This document shows, piece after piece, positions 1-10,006 of a stretch of 64,000 nt of DNA; position 1 is the stretch's first letter; the number at the start of each line of letters is the position of its first letter. Origin of the DNA: an uncultured delta proteobacterium (GTDB lineage Bacteria; Myxococcota_A; Polyangia; Polyangiales; Polyangiaceae); contig CAVQUB010000021.1 of NCBI GenBank assembly GCA_963716725.1, positions 64,001-128,000 of the forward strand, in the 5' to 3' direction. The notes below the pieces were generated by a model. That model was not told the origin of the DNA, made no database searches, and saw nothing but the letters and a program-made list of their open reading frames with translations. A program made the translations under genes and the position numbers.

Positions 1-248
1 CCGCCACCCGCTTCGATGGCGAGCCAACGGGCCGGCGAGTAGTCGGCCGTGAACCCCAGGAATCCGAAAGGACCCAGGGACAGGGCGTGGAACCAGAATG
101 TGAAGGGGAGTCCCCAGCGATCGGCAGGGTGTGCCGTTTCTTCTACGTAGCGGGTGCCCACCTGTGGCGGGGCGGCATCACTCGCCGAAGAGCAATTCGG
201 GTAGCTCACGAGGAGAGCCGCGGTCGACAACAGCGAGAAGAGCCTCAT
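1..248 (-). CDS. hypothetical exported/membrane protein, 3' end beyond window
   Basis: ATG at 248 opens a stop-free frame to the window edge: MRLFSLLSTAALLVSYPNC...LGPFGFLGFTADYSPARWLAIEAGG; signal-peptide-like N-terminus. Not in the ORF track because it is truncated. Confidence 0.5.
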   Translation of the reverse strand, partial: MRLFSLLSTAALLVSYPNCSSASDAAPPQVGTRYVEETAHPADRWGLPFTFWFHALSLGPFGFLGFTADYSPARWLAIEAGG

Positions 249-348
249 GCGCACCCAGTAGAGCAAATCGGGTGCCACCCGCGCCAGGTAACGACCATTG
301 CAGCGCCGCAGGCGTGCCAGAAACGCGCTCGCTGCACCGGGTCTGCTC

Positions 349-600
349 TCACTCGCTGAACCAGGGCGGGAGCGGATCCTGAAAGCTCCAATCGACGCCG
401 ACGACGTCCTCGTCGACGTCCTCGATCGCACGACTCGCCAGCTTGAAGGCGGCGTACGCGTCAGCCGCCGTGATGCGTCCGCCCGGTCCGTCCGAGTCTC
501 CGGTTCGCCAGGTCCCGACCCAGGAGCCGTCCACGAGCTCGAGCACCAGCTCGTAGGTCAGCCCGGTCCGTCCGTTGTCGAGGGTCATGACGTGCCGCAC
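349..600 (-). CDS. hypothetical protein (83 aa)
   Basis: Balanced, acidic composition unlike the Arg/Ala-rich shadow ORFs; 18 nt downstream of the amidohydrolase on the same strand. Confidence 0.55.
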   Translation of the reverse strand: MRHVMTLDNGRTGLTYELVLELVDGSWVGTWRTGDSDGPGGRITAADAYAAFKLASRAIEDVDEDVVGVDWSFQDPLPPWFSE

Positions 601-618
601 GAGCCCGAATGTAACCGA

Positions 619-2310
619 TCACACCGGTAGGCTCCCGAAGGCGAGCTCGCCCCCGACGATTGTGCACGACACCCGAGCAGCATCCAAATCGGGACCACTC
701 GCCAGCGGGCCGCCGAGCACGACGATATCAGCGCGCTTGCCGCGCTCGAGGGTGCCAGTCCGATCGGCACAGCCGCTGACCTCGGCAGCGACCCGCGTGT
801 AGCTCACGATGGCTTCGTCGACGTCGATGCATTGATCCGCGCCGCGGATCTGACCGAAGGAGGTCCGACGAAACACCGCTGAGCGAATGCCGTCGAGCGG
901 CTCGAAGCCGGCCACGGGAAAGTCGGAGCTGCCCACGACGCGGACCTTCTTGTCGAGCAACGAGCGCAACGCAAACTGCTCGAGCCCGGGGATGTTCGGC
1001 GCGCAGGCCATGCCCGGCATCTGCAGGAAGAAGGGCTGCACCACGACGGCAGCGCCGGCGTTGGCGACGCGCTCGATCAGGTCGCCGGCGAGGAAGGTGG
1101 CGTGCTCGATGCGAGGGACGCCCGCGTCGGCGACCTTGGTGCCGCAGGCCTCGTAGGCCGCCAGCGCCACATCGATGGCGGCGTTCCCGATGGCGTGGAT
1201 GGCGAGAGCAAAGCCGCGCTCCGTCGCAGCTTTGACGACCTCGAGGGCCTCCTCGCGAGCATAGATCTGAATGCCGGTGCGGATCTTTCGACCGAATTTC
1301 GGCGAGGCGGAGAACGCGGTGCGGATTGGATCCAGGGTGCCGTGGCGAATGCCGAGCGCGAACGAAGACAGCATGACCCCGGCGGTCTGCCACCAACCGA
1401 GGCACATGGCGCAGCCCGGCGCACCATCGAAGGTGAGTTTGAGCGGACCGATGCTCAGCTTGCCAAGCGTCTCTCCTGTCACCGGACCATCGAGGGCGTC
1501 CCAGGGCGTCTCCAGGTAGCCCGTGACCGAGACGGGCATCATCACGGTGGGAACGAGCAGCAGCCCGCGACGATCGGCTTCTCGATACAGATCCGCCAGA
1601 TCGCGCGGCACCGCCGCGTCCACCACACAGGTGATGCCCGCGCGAGCAAGGCTGTGGTTGTGGTCGCTCAGCCGCTGGAGAAAGCCCTCGGCATCCCGCG
1701 CGACGGCGCTGGACCGCGCGAGCGATTCAACCCGGCTCATGCCGCGCTCGATCAGCACTCCGTCCGGCAGGCCCTTGCGGTCGCGCGAGATGGCGCCACC
1801 CGAAGGATCCGGCGTGTGTCGATCGATGCCGGCGAGCTCGAGCGCACGGCTGTTGGCCGCCACACGATGGCAGGTGTAGTGCATGGCCATCAGCGGGTGA
1901 TCGGGGACCGCGTCGTCGAGCTCTTGCCGCGTCGGAGCCCGCCGCTCGGCCAAGAGCAGCTCGTCCCAGTCGGTGGCGATCAACCACTCGCCCTCGGGCA
2001 GCGCCGACGCGGCATCGCGCAAGACGCGCTGAAGGCCCGCGATGTCCGTCACCGCCGGCGGCGCCAGCCGTAGCTGGCCGCCGTAGAGCGCCGTGATGCA
2101 GGGGTGATGGTGCGCGTCGATGAAGCCCGGCAGCACGGCCGCGCCGCCCGCGTCCCACGTGGTGGCGTCACCACCCGCCGCTGCCTCGACCTCGTCCTGG
2201 CGACCGACGGCGATCACGTGGCCGTCGCGCCAGGCGATGGCGTCGGCGCGGGTGAGGGCGTCGTCCATGACCCGCACGTCGGCGTTGACCAGGAGGTAGG
2301 TTGCACTCAT
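619..2310 (-). CDS. amidohydrolase family 3 (YtcJ-like) metallohydrolase
   Basis: PGFIDAHHH, HAIGN, RIEHA, GSSDFP and GTLERGKRADIVVL motifs. Confidence 0.9.
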   Translation of the reverse strand: MSATYLLVNADVRVMDDALTRADAIAWRDGHVIAVGRQDEVEAAAGGDATTWDAGGAAVLPGFIDAHHHPCITALYGGQLRLAPPAVTDIAGLQRVLRDAASALPEGEWLIATDWDELLLAERRAPTRQELDDAVPDHPLMAMHYTCHRVAANSRALELAGIDRHTPDPSGGAISRDRKGLPDGVLIERGMSRVESLARSSAVARDAEGFLQRLSDHNHSLARAGITCVVDAAVPRDLADLYREADRRGLLLVPTVMMPVSVTGYLETPWDALDGPVTGETLGKLSIGPLKLTFDGAPGCAMCLGWWQTAGVMLSSFALGIRHGTLDPIRTAFSASPKFGRKIRTGIQIYAREEALEVVKAATERGFALAIHAIGNAAIDVALAAYEACGTKVADAGVPRIEHATFLAGDLIERVANAGAAVVVQPFFLQMPGMACAPNIPGLEQFALRSLLDKKVRVVGSSDFPVAGFEPLDGIRSAVFRRTSFGQIRGADQCIDVDEAIVSYTRVAAEVSGCADRTGTLERGKRADIVVLGGPLASGPDLDAARVSCTIVGGELAFGSLPV

Positions 2311-2364
2311 GAGGATCCGGAGTATCCGCCGTGGCAGACAGGCGCAAGCGCCGCCGACCGGCCT

Positions 2365-3573
2365 TCAGTTCTTCACGCAGCTCACCTGATACGAGCTGCA
2401 CGAACCGCAGGAGCAGCTCGTGCCGGTGGACTGCACGTGGTAACCGCTCGGACAGCTCGACCCACAGACCGAGAAGCTGTTGCCGCTGTTGATACCGCAG
2501 CTCGCCTGGTACGAGCTGCACGAACCGCACGAGCAGCTCGTGCCCAGCGACGACACGTGGTAACCGCTCGGACAGCTCGACCCACAGACCGAGAAGCTGT
2601 TGCCGCTGTTGATAGCGCAGCTCGCCTGGTACGAGCTGCACGAACCGCACGAGCAGCTCGTGCCCAGCGACGACACGTGATACCCGCTCGGACAGCTCGA
2701 CCCGCAGGTCGAGAAGCTGTTGCCGCAGTCCGGCGCGCAGGTGGCCTGATACGAGCTGCACGAACCGCACGAGCAGCTCGTGCCCAGCGACGACACGTGA
2801 TACCCGCTCGGGCAACTCGAACCGCACTGGCTGAAGCTGGTCTTGTTCGTGTGCTTGACGCCGGTGACCGGATCGCAGGAGTCCGTGGTGCAGGCGTTGC
2901 CGTCGTCGATGTTCACGGGCGTGTGCGAGATGGCACCGCTGGTGGGGTCGCAGGAGTCCGTCGTGCAGGCGTCGTTGTCGGTGACGCTCACCTGGGTGTG
3001 TTTTACGCCGTTGGTGGGGTCGCAGGAGTCCGTGGTGCAGGCGTTGTTGTCGTTCACCTGCGGAGGCGTGCCCGGCTTGCAGTTGCCGCTCCCGTCACAG
3101 GTCTCGACGCCGTCGCAGACGGTGTTGTTGCCACAAGACGTTCCCGAGGTCGCGAAGGTCTTCACGCATTTGCCGTTGGTGCACGCTTCGTTGGTGCACG
3201 GATTGCCATCGGCGCAGTCGGCGGGGCTCGAACACGAGGTTCCTCCTCCAGCGCCCGTGCCGCCGCTGCTCGCGCCGCCGCTGCTCGCGCCGCCGCTGCT
3301 CGTGCCGCCGCTGCTCGTGCCGCCGCTGTTCGCGCCGCCGCTGTTCGCGCCACCGCTGCTCGTGCCGCCGCTGCTCGTGCCGCCGCTGCTCGTGCCGCCG
3401 CTGCTCGTGCCGCCGCTGCCGCCAACCCAGCCGCCGTCGCCGACGCCGGCGCCGCTGCCGCCCGCTGCTGCGTCCCCGGCGTCCGAGTCGCTCAGCGCCT
3501 CGGCGTCGTCGAATGCGGCACAGCCGACCAGGATCGGCAGGCACAGCAGCGCGCGCACGAACGAGACCATCAA
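2365..3573 (-). CDS. Cys-rich repeat lipoprotein (Gly/Ser linker, DxNxCTxDxC repeats, 4 x 40-aa Cys repeats)
   Basis: Lipobox LVGC; GGTSS linker; DGNPCTNEAC, DNNACTTDSCDP, DNDACTTDSCDP and DDGNACTTDSCDP units; C-terminal CGSSCPSGYHVSSLGTSCSCGSCSSYQ repeats. Confidence 0.85.
   Translation of the reverse strand: MMVSFVRALLCLPILVGCAAFDDAEALSDSDAGDAAAGGSGAGVGDGGWVGGSGGTSSGGTSSGGTSSGGTSSGGANSGGANSGGTSSGGTSSGGASSGGASSGGTGAGGGTSCSSPADCADGNPCTNEACTNGKCVKTFATSGTSCGNNTVCDGVETCDGSGNCKPGTPPQVNDNNACTTDSCDPTNGVKHTQVSVTDNDACTTDSCDPTSGAISHTPVNIDDGNACTTDSCDPVTGVKHTNKTSFSQCGSSCPSGYHVSSLGTSCSCGSCSSYQATCAPDCGNSFSTCGSSCPSGYHVSSLGTSCSCGSCSSYQASCAINSGNSFSVCGSSCPSGYHVSSLGTSCSCGSCSSYQASCGINSGNSFSVCGSSCPSGYHVQSTGTSCSCGSCSSYQVSCVKN
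2378..2838 (-). repeat. intragenic tandem repeat, 4 x 120 bp
   Basis: ctg(a/g)tacgagctgcacgaaccgca recurs at 2386, 2506, 2626 and 2746. Confidence 0.95.
3256..3420 (-). repeat. 15-bp coding minisatellite (GGTSS/GGASS/GGANS linker)
   Basis: cgtgccgccgctgct-like unit repeated about 11 times. Confidence 0.9.
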
Positions 3574-3731
3574 TCCAAGAGCTTAGCTCACTCGATCGCC
3601 CGCGGCGAACGCTGGCCTGAGCGCGCGAGAGTTCGAGGCTCCCGGTGCCGGCGGGCCGAGCCCACGTTTCGAAGAATGCGGCTGAACCACCGAGCGCAGC
3701 GTGTCGTCGGGGGTCAGGCTCCCCGGGACCG

Positions 3732-3919
3732 TCAGAGCTTGGGCGGGACGGCCACGACGACCGACTGGGTTGCGGCGACCGCCGGGCGGTCCGCTACGAC
3801 CGTCAGCGTGGCCTTGAAGAATTGCACGCCGAGTCGGCCTTCGTGGCCCCCGTCTCTCCGACGTCGGCCTGCCCGTTGCAGGTCGCGTCCTCCGATCCGT
3901 CCGCGAGGCCATCTCCGTC
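3732..3919 (-). pseudogene. probable relic of a TSP3-repeat surface protein
   Basis: One frame reads DGDGLADGSEDATCNGQADVGETGATKADS (TSP3-like Ca-binding repeat). An adjacent frame continues GVQFFKATLTVVADRPAVAATQSVVVAVPPKL*. No convincing start or signal peptide. Confidence 0.4.
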
Positions 3920-3976
3920 CCCGCGATGGTGACATCCATCAGGCGTGGCAGCCGGCGTTGGCGATATGGTGGGCCC

Positions 3977-4390
3977 ATGCGTCAGCTCGCGTTTGGTTTG
4001 GTCGCCTTGGCAACCCTGATGATCGCGTGCGGTTCCGACGACGAGAAATCGAGCCCCGATGCTGGAAGCGGTGGCGGCAGCGGCGGCAGCGCTACGGGTG
4101 GCACGTCAGGCGCGGGCGGCGCGGCGGGTTCGGGCGGAATGCTCTGCTCAGCGGCCACGAAGCCCTACGAGCCCTCGACAATCGATTGCCAGACCGCCTG
4201 CGCGAACTTCACGGCGTATTGCGCTCAGGGGTCCGGCTGCCAGAACCCCTACTGCAACGATCCTCAATGTCCGCTCGCCTGCGACACGATCAAGGGCGGC
4301 CTCACCTACAGCAACGCGCTGTTCGGCTGCGCCGCCGAGAACCCCACCTGCGCCGGCTTTTCGCAGTGTCTGAAGGACAAGTGCGGCTGA
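3977..4390 (+). CDS. small Cys-rich lipoprotein
   Basis: MRQLAFGLVALATLMIAC lipobox, Gly linker, Cys-rich C-terminal domain; TATGGT 6 nt upstream of ATG. Confidence 0.8.
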   Translation: MRQLAFGLVALATLMIACGSDDEKSSPDAGSGGGSGGSATGGTSGAGGAAGSGGMLCSAATKPYEPSTIDCQTACANFTAYCAQGSGCQNPYCNDPQCPLACDTIKGGLTYSNALFGCAAENPTCAGFSQCLKDKCG

Positions 4391-4405
4391 CTCCGCGCTC
4401 GGTCC

Positions 4406-5902
4406 CTACTTGACCGGGTTGCCCTGGGCGTCGAAGAACCGGATCTTGCGATCGAGGCCCTCGAGCGTGGGCGCGACGACTTTGCGATCACCGGCCAGGA
4501 CCACCACGTATTCGTCCGGGTTGCAGTAGCCCTTGGCCAGCTCGTTGGCCTGCTCCACGCTGACGGCCTTGACGTGGTCGGACCACTTCTCGAGCCAGTC
4601 GTCGGGACGTGAGTAGAGAGGCAGGTTGGCGAGCTGCGCAGCAACGTCGCCGCCGCGCTCGAAGCGACCGGGAAAGCCGAGCAGCAGCCCGCCGACCGCT
4701 TCGGCGCGCTCCTGCGCCGAGATCGGGCGAGACGCGCAGAGGTCGCGCAGCTCCTTGAACGACTCGTCGATGCTGGCTCGGGTCGTCTCGCGCTTCACGC
4801 TGGCGGCGAGGGCGAACAGGCCCGTCTCTTTGTAGCGCTGGAAGCTCGAACGAGCGCCGTAAGTATAGCCCTTGGCCTCGCGCAGGTTCAGGTTCAGCCG
4901 GCTGGTGAAGGCTTCGCCAAACACGCGGCTCATCACCATGGCAGGGAAGTAGTCCGGCGTGCCCTCGCCAGGAGCGCGCCGGGCGATGGCGAGAGCGGTC
5001 TGCGTCGAATCCTTGTAGTCGACGAAGAAGATCGCCTTGTCGGGCTTCTCGCTGGAGACGGATGCGCTCTTCGACTTGGCGGAGCCCTTCCAGCTGCCGA
5101 AGCTCGCCTCCAGCGCCTTCACCGCTCGCGCCTGATCGACGCCGCCCACCACCACGAAGGCCGCGCCTTCGGGCACGACGAGCGCCGCGTAGTGGGCCTT
5201 GACGTCCGCCAGCTGGAGCTTGCCGAGGGTCGGCCGCGTGCCGCCAGCGAGGGCTCCTGCGTAGCCGTCACCGAAGAGCGCCTTGCGCAGCGCGATGCTC
5301 CGGGCCGAGGTCGGTTCACTCTCCGCAGCGAGAGCGTCCGCGATGCGCTGGGATTTGCGCCGCGCGAACTCTTTGGCGTCGAAGGCGGGCTTCTGGGCGA
5401 TGTCAGCCAGCAGCGTGACGCTGGCGTCGAAGCTGTCCGCGATGGTGTTGATGGCCAACATCACGTAGTCGACGTCGGCGTTGCCCCCGTAGTCGGTGCC
5501 GAGACGCTGTAGCTCTTCGGAGAGCGCGAGGGCGTCCTTGCCGCCCGCGCCTTCGTCGAGCATGTCGATGGTGAGCGCGGTCAGGCCGGCCTTGCCCTTT
5601 GGATCGGTGGAGGCGCCCCGAGGCACCACCAGGAGCACGCTCACCAAGGGAGTCGGGCCTTGCTCGACGAAGTAGACCTTCATGCCGTTGGAGAGCGCCG
5701 AGATCTTCGGGCGGGGGAGCGCGAAGCTCGGCGCCGGCGCCGGCGTGGGCAGCTTGCTGCGGTCGGGCGCGCCAGCCGCGACGGTCGGCGCGCTGGGCGG
5801 AGCGACCACCGGAGGCAGGGGCGGGAGCTTGGCGGGCTCGGGCGGCGGCCCACCGCAGGCGACAGCTGCGAGAGCAACGAGGGTAGAAGCGCGGCGGATC
5901 AT
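4406..5902 (-). CDS. M16 family peptidase, non-catalytic subunit (lipoprotein)
   Basis: LSNGMKV, DPKGKAGL, RLNLNLREAKGYTYG; lacks HxxEH; lipobox AVAC; ATGA overlap with the upstream M16 gene. Confidence 0.9.
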   Translation of the reverse strand: MIRRASTLVALAAVACGGPPPEPAKLPPLPPVVAPPSAPTVAAGAPDRSKLPTPAPAPSFALPRPKISALSNGMKVYFVEQGPTPLVSVLLVVPRGASTDPKGKAGLTALTIDMLDEGAGGKDALALSEELQRLGTDYGGNADVDYVMLAINTIADSFDASVTLLADIAQKPAFDAKEFARRKSQRIADALAAESEPTSARSIALRKALFGDGYAGALAGGTRPTLGKLQLADVKAHYAALVVPEGAAFVVVGGVDQARAVKALEASFGSWKGSAKSKSASVSSEKPDKAIFFVDYKDSTQTALAIARRAPGEGTPDYFPAMVMSRVFGEAFTSRLNLNLREAKGYTYGARSSFQRYKETGLFALAASVKRETTRASIDESFKELRDLCASRPISAQERAEAVGGLLLGFPGRFERGGDVAAQLANLPLYSRPDDWLEKWSDHVKAVSVEQANELAKGYCNPDEYVVVLAGDRKVVAPTLEGLDRKIRFFDAQGNPVK

Positions 5903-7270
5903 TTCTGCGCGCCTCCGGCCTTGGGGCCCTTCACGATGTCGATGCGTACGTGACGGGTCAGATCGAGCCACCGTTGCGCGGCCGAGTGCACACCCTGAGG
6001 CGTGGCGCCGGTGTAGCGCGCGAGATCCTGCTTCATGAAGTCGCCCTTGCCCGTCGAGTGATAGTAGGTGCTGAGGGTCGTGGCCCGCGACACCGCGCCC
6101 TCGACTCGCTGGTAGAAGTCCTTCTTGTACCCGTTCACCGCGCGCTTCATTTCGTCGTCCGAAGGCGGCGTCGCCAAAGCCTTCTTCAGCGCGTCCATCA
6201 GGGCGGTCTCGAGCTCCTTCAAGGTCTTGCCCGGAGCCGCGGTGGCCTGCACCACGTAGAAGCTCGAGAGCTGCATCGACACCTGGAAGGCCTCGACGTC
6301 TTTGGCGACCTTCTTGTCGTAAACGAGGGGTTTGTAGAGGCGGCTGGTCTTGCCGCTCGCGAGAATGCTCGAGAGAAGATCGAGCTCGGCGTCGCCCGCC
6401 GCGAAGATCGCCGGCGTGTGCCAGGCCAGATAGATGCGCGGCAGCTTCACGTCGTCCGTCTTGGTGACGTGCACGATGGACTCGAGCTTTGGCATGCTGG
6501 CAGCGGGCGCCGCGGCTCGCTTGACCGGGCTGCCCTCGGCGCCGCCGAAGTACTTCTTCACCAGCGCTTTGGCTTCGGCGGGTCGAAAGTCTCCGACGAT
6601 GGTCACGACCGCGTTGGCTGGACCGTAGTAGTCACGAAAGAAGCCCTTCACGTCATCCAGAGACGCGGCAGTCAGATCCGCGTGCGAGCCGATGACCGAG
6701 TGCCCGTAGGGATGACTCTCGGGGTAGAGCGACTCGGTCAAGTAGATCCAAGCCATGCCGTAGGGCGGGTTCTCGTAGCGCTGGCGGCGCTCGTTCTTGA
6801 CCACGTCGCGCTGGTTGTCGAGACGGTCTTGGGTCAGCGCCGGCAGCAGGTGGATGCATCCGATCGGATTCCATCCACAGCGTGAGGTCCAGATAGTTCG
6901 ACGGCACCCGCTCGAAGAAGTTCGTACGATCTTGGGTGGTGGTTCCGTTCGCGTTGCCGCCGATGGGCTCGAAGGGCTTGAAGTACTCGTCGTCGAAATG
7001 CTTGCTGCCCTGGAACATCAGGTGCTCGAAGAGATGGGCGAAGCCGCTGCGACCGCTGCGCTCGTGGGCCGAGCCGACCAGGTAGCGGATCTCGGTGGCC
7101 ACCACCGGCAGCCGGTGGTCTTCGCTCAAGAGCACGGTGAGGCCGTTGTCGAGCTGGTACTGCTCGACGGGTAGGCTCAGGGCCGCGGGTGGTTTGGGAG
7201 GCGGCGTGGCCTGGGCAAGGCTGGTGGCTGCACACACGATGCCGGTACAAAGCAGGGCTCGAAGTCGCAT
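5899..7270 (-). CDS. M16 family zinc peptidase, catalytic subunit (apparent +1 frameshift near 6857)
   Basis: GFAHLFEHLMFQGS (HxxEH). Removing one base after ...MESDRM joins ORF 6653..7270 to 5899..6804 as IHLLPALTQDRLDNQRDVVKNERRQ. Confidence 0.85.
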
Positions 7271-7303
7271 CGTCGGGGGTTTTCCGAGCGACGGGCGGGG
7301 ACG

Positions 7304-8512
7304 TCAAGGGAATAGCGATGGGACGTCGACGAGGAACAGGTCCATGGGCTCGTCGGTGCCCGCGACGACGCGCCGCGGGTGATGCGGAAACACGTAGTTG
7401 CCGTAGAGCGGGCGGTGGGCCGCGAAGCGCTTCTGCCGGCGCTCGAGGTCGTAGACCCAGAGCCCGCTGCCGCTGCCGATGGTGAGCAACTTCGCTCCGG
7501 TGGTGAGCGCGAACATACTGCCGCTGGTGCCCTTCACGCCGCGGAGCGGCGCTACGGTCTGGGCCTCGAACGAGACCAGGGCGAACGCATCGCGCACTCC
7601 GTCGGCGCCGTCGGCGTAGCTGATCATCGCGTGGGATCCGCTGCCGTCGAACACGATAAAGTCACTGGTGGGCTTGTCCCAGACACGTTCCGTGCGCTGG
7701 TCGGGTTGACGCAGACACGACAGACCGCGGTCGTCTCCGGTGCAGACGCGGTTGCCACCCGGCGAGAGGCTCCCACCACGATCGGGAGGAGCTATGACGC
7801 GCGCGCCGCCGGTTCGCCCGTCGATCACCGAGCGCTCTGCGTAGCTCTCGACCAGCCAGAGCGAGCCATCTGCTGCTGCCTGACAGGTCTCGGCCTTGCG
7901 CGCAGCGCCGAGCGCCGTCGGCTGGGGTGCCCCCGGCGCCCAACGCCAGAGCCGCGCGTCCGCTTCCTTCGACTCTTCGTGGAACACGATCTCGCGAGCC
8001 CCAGAGAAACGCGCGCCGCAGATCGCACCGTCGCGGCTCGCGAGGAACTTCCCGGTGGCGACCTCGATCACCGCGAGGCCGCTCATGCTCCAAATCAACA
8101 CCTGGGTCCCATCGTCCGAGAATCGTGCGCTCGGCACCCAAACCGATTGCGACACGGGCTGAGGCAGCCCCGGCGAGACGAGCAAGGCGGTGTTGTTCGG
8201 GCCGTCGATGACCCAGCTCTTCGCGTCGGGCGACAGCGCGTGGATCGCGGTCTGCTTGGCGATGGGGACCGGCTTCAGCGCCGCGCCTGCGCGAAAGTCG
8301 ATGGCTGGACCGAGCTTGAAGCTGACGGTGGTGGGCGAGGCCACTGGAAGATCGAGCGGGACCGGCACCGGCGCTACTGCCGACGACGTGGGCTGCAAAG
8401 TCGGCGGAGTCGAAGCGATGGGTGGGTAGCGGCGCGCGGGTCGCCCGCCGCGATCCGCGCAGCCCGACACCAAGAGGATCGCGGTCGCACCCAGCCAGCG
8501 CGACGATCTCAC
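7304..8512 (-). CDS. putative beta-propeller lipoprotein
   Basis: Lipobox VSGC, Pro-rich linker, repeated SPDxK/FSDDG/LSPGG blade-like motifs. Confidence 0.7.
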   Translation of the reverse strand: MRSSRWLGATAILLVSGCADRGGRPARRYPPIASTPPTLQPTSSAVAPVPVPLDLPVASPTTVSFKLGPAIDFRAGAALKPVPIAKQTAIHALSPDAKSWVIDGPNNTALLVSPGLPQPVSQSVWVPSARFSDDGTQVLIWSMSGLAVIEVATGKFLASRDGAICGARFSGAREIVFHEESKEADARLWRWAPGAPQPTALGAARKAETCQAAADGSLWLVESYAERSVIDGRTGGARVIAPPDRGGSLSPGGNRVCTGDDRGLSCLRQPDQRTERVWDKPTSDFIVFDGSGSHAMISYADGADGVRDAFALVSFEAQTVAPLRGVKGTSGSMFALTTGAKLLTIGSGSGLWVYDLERRQKRFAAHRPLYGNYVFPHHPRRVVAGTDEPMDLFLVDVPSLFP

Positions 8513-8519
8513 GGCGCGC

Positions 8520-9926
8520 TCAGCTCCCGAACCAACGCCGCCAGAACGGACCGTCCTTCTTGGGCTCGGCCTCCACGCGCTCGCGCGGCGCCGGGGGTGC
8601 GTCCGGTTCGGCGGGTGCCGGAGCCGGGCGCCCCCCGTCGGGGACCACGGAGCGCGTCGCGGGTGGAGCGGCGGCTGCCCGAGGCGGTGGTGCTGCGCGC
8701 GGTGGCGGCGCGGGACGCGCGGGTTCGATCTCGACGGGCTCGACTTCGACGGGCTCGACCTCTACGGCCTCGGCCTCGACCTCGGAGCGGCGCGCCGACT
8801 TGGACGCCTCCTCGAACACGGCGTCGAGGCCCCAACCGCTCGGATCTTCGAAGCCGCCTCCCCCCGCCTCGATGCCAGGGGTGCCCAGGCTCGCGTGCAG
8901 GGCCTCGGACGCGACGCTGCCCGGGGAGCCGGAGAACTGGTGGAGAGTGTCGATGATCAGATCGCCAATCTCCCCTGCCTTGTTCTTGCCCTCGGCCTTG
9001 CGACGCGCGAGGCGGGCGTCGGCGGCCAAGCCGACGATCTTGGCGATGTCGAGGTAGGTCACTGGACGAGCGAGGCCGCGCAAAACCAGCCCGAGATCTC
9101 GCGCGTAGTCGTCGGCGCAGAGGTAGCGCTGCGCTGGATCCTTGGCGAGCGCCTTACCAAGCACGCGTAGGACTTCTTCGGGGATGTCCCCGCGGAACTT
9201 GCGCGGGTCGGGGATCTCGGCCGCGCGAACCAGCTTGAAGGTCTCGACGTCGCTCTCACCGAGAAACAGCCGACGGCCCGCGAGCATCTCCCAAAGCAGG
9301 ATGCCCGCCGCGAAGATGTCGACGCGTTTGTCGGTCTTCTGACCCAGGGTCACCTCGGGTGCGAGATAGCCGAACTTGCCTTTGACGATGTCCTCGTCTT
9401 CGTCGGTCAGGTGCGAGCTCGCCTTCGCCAGTCCGAAGTCCACCAGCTTGACCTCGCCGCAGCGCGTGATGAGCACGTTGTGCGGCGAGATGTCGCGGTG
9501 CACGATGTCCAGCGGCCGACCCGAGTGGTCACATGCCGCGTGGGCGTAGGACAGCCCCTCGCACACGTCCATGGCGATGCGACACGCCACCTCGACCTGC
9601 ATCTGCTGCTTGTGCGCGGAGAGGTAGTCGAGGACCTCCTTCAGATCCGCACCGTCGACGAACTCCATCACGATGAAGTGGGCCCCGGCACCTTGTCCGA
9701 TGTCGAAGACCTGCACGCACTTGCTGTGGCTCAGGTAGGCGCCGAGGCGCGCCTCGTCCAAGAACATCTGGATGAACTCGCGGTTGGCGCTGAGCTTGGG
9801 CAAGACGCGCTTGATGGCGACTTTCTTGCGGAAGCCCTCGATTCCGGCGCTCTCGCCCCGAAACACCTCGGCCATGCCGCCGGCGGCGATGCGTTCGATG
9901 ACGTGATAACGCTGGCTTTCACTCAC
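8520..9926 (-). CDS. serine/threonine protein kinase (cytoplasmic)
   Basis: IAAGGMAEVF, VAIKR, HRDISPHN, DFG and APE motifs; GTG start with GAGGT SD; no TM helix. Confidence 0.95.
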   Translation of the reverse strand: MSESQRYHVIERIAAGGMAEVFRGESAGIEGFRKKVAIKRVLPKLSANREFIQMFLDEARLGAYLSHSKCVQVFDIGQGAGAHFIVMEFVDGADLKEVLDYLSAHKQQMQVEVACRIAMDVCEGLSYAHAACDHSGRPLDIVHRDISPHNVLITRCGEVKLVDFGLAKASSHLTDEDEDIVKGKFGYLAPEVTLGQKTDKRVDIFAAGILLWEMLAGRRLFLGESDVETFKLVRAAEIPDPRKFRGDIPEEVLRVLGKALAKDPAQRYLCADDYARDLGLVLRGLARPVTYLDIAKIVGLAADARLARRKAEGKNKAGEIGDLIIDTLHQFSGSPGSVASEALHASLGTPGIEAGGGGFEDPSGWGLDAVFEEASKSARRSEVEAEAVEVEPVEVEPVEIEPARPAPPPRAAPPPRAAAAPPATRSVVPDGGRPAPAPAEPDAPPAPRERVEAEPKKDGPFWRRWFGS

Positions 9927-10006
9927 GATCGACCTCTTGTGCGAGCAGCGAATATCCCACGCTCGGCGGCCCGAAGGCCAGGCCGCCGTGGTAGCTTCCA
10001 CTTCGC

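Noticed and set aside
2378..2838. 120-bp repeats as a CRISPR array or DGR template/variable pair
   Set aside because: Contiguous in-frame coding repeats with no unique spacers; no cas or reverse transcriptase gene in the window.
2104..4413. 769-aa plus-strand ORF with ARAAA repeats
   Set aside because: Antisense shadow of the repeat lipoprotein; repetitive high-GC DNA lacks stop codons.
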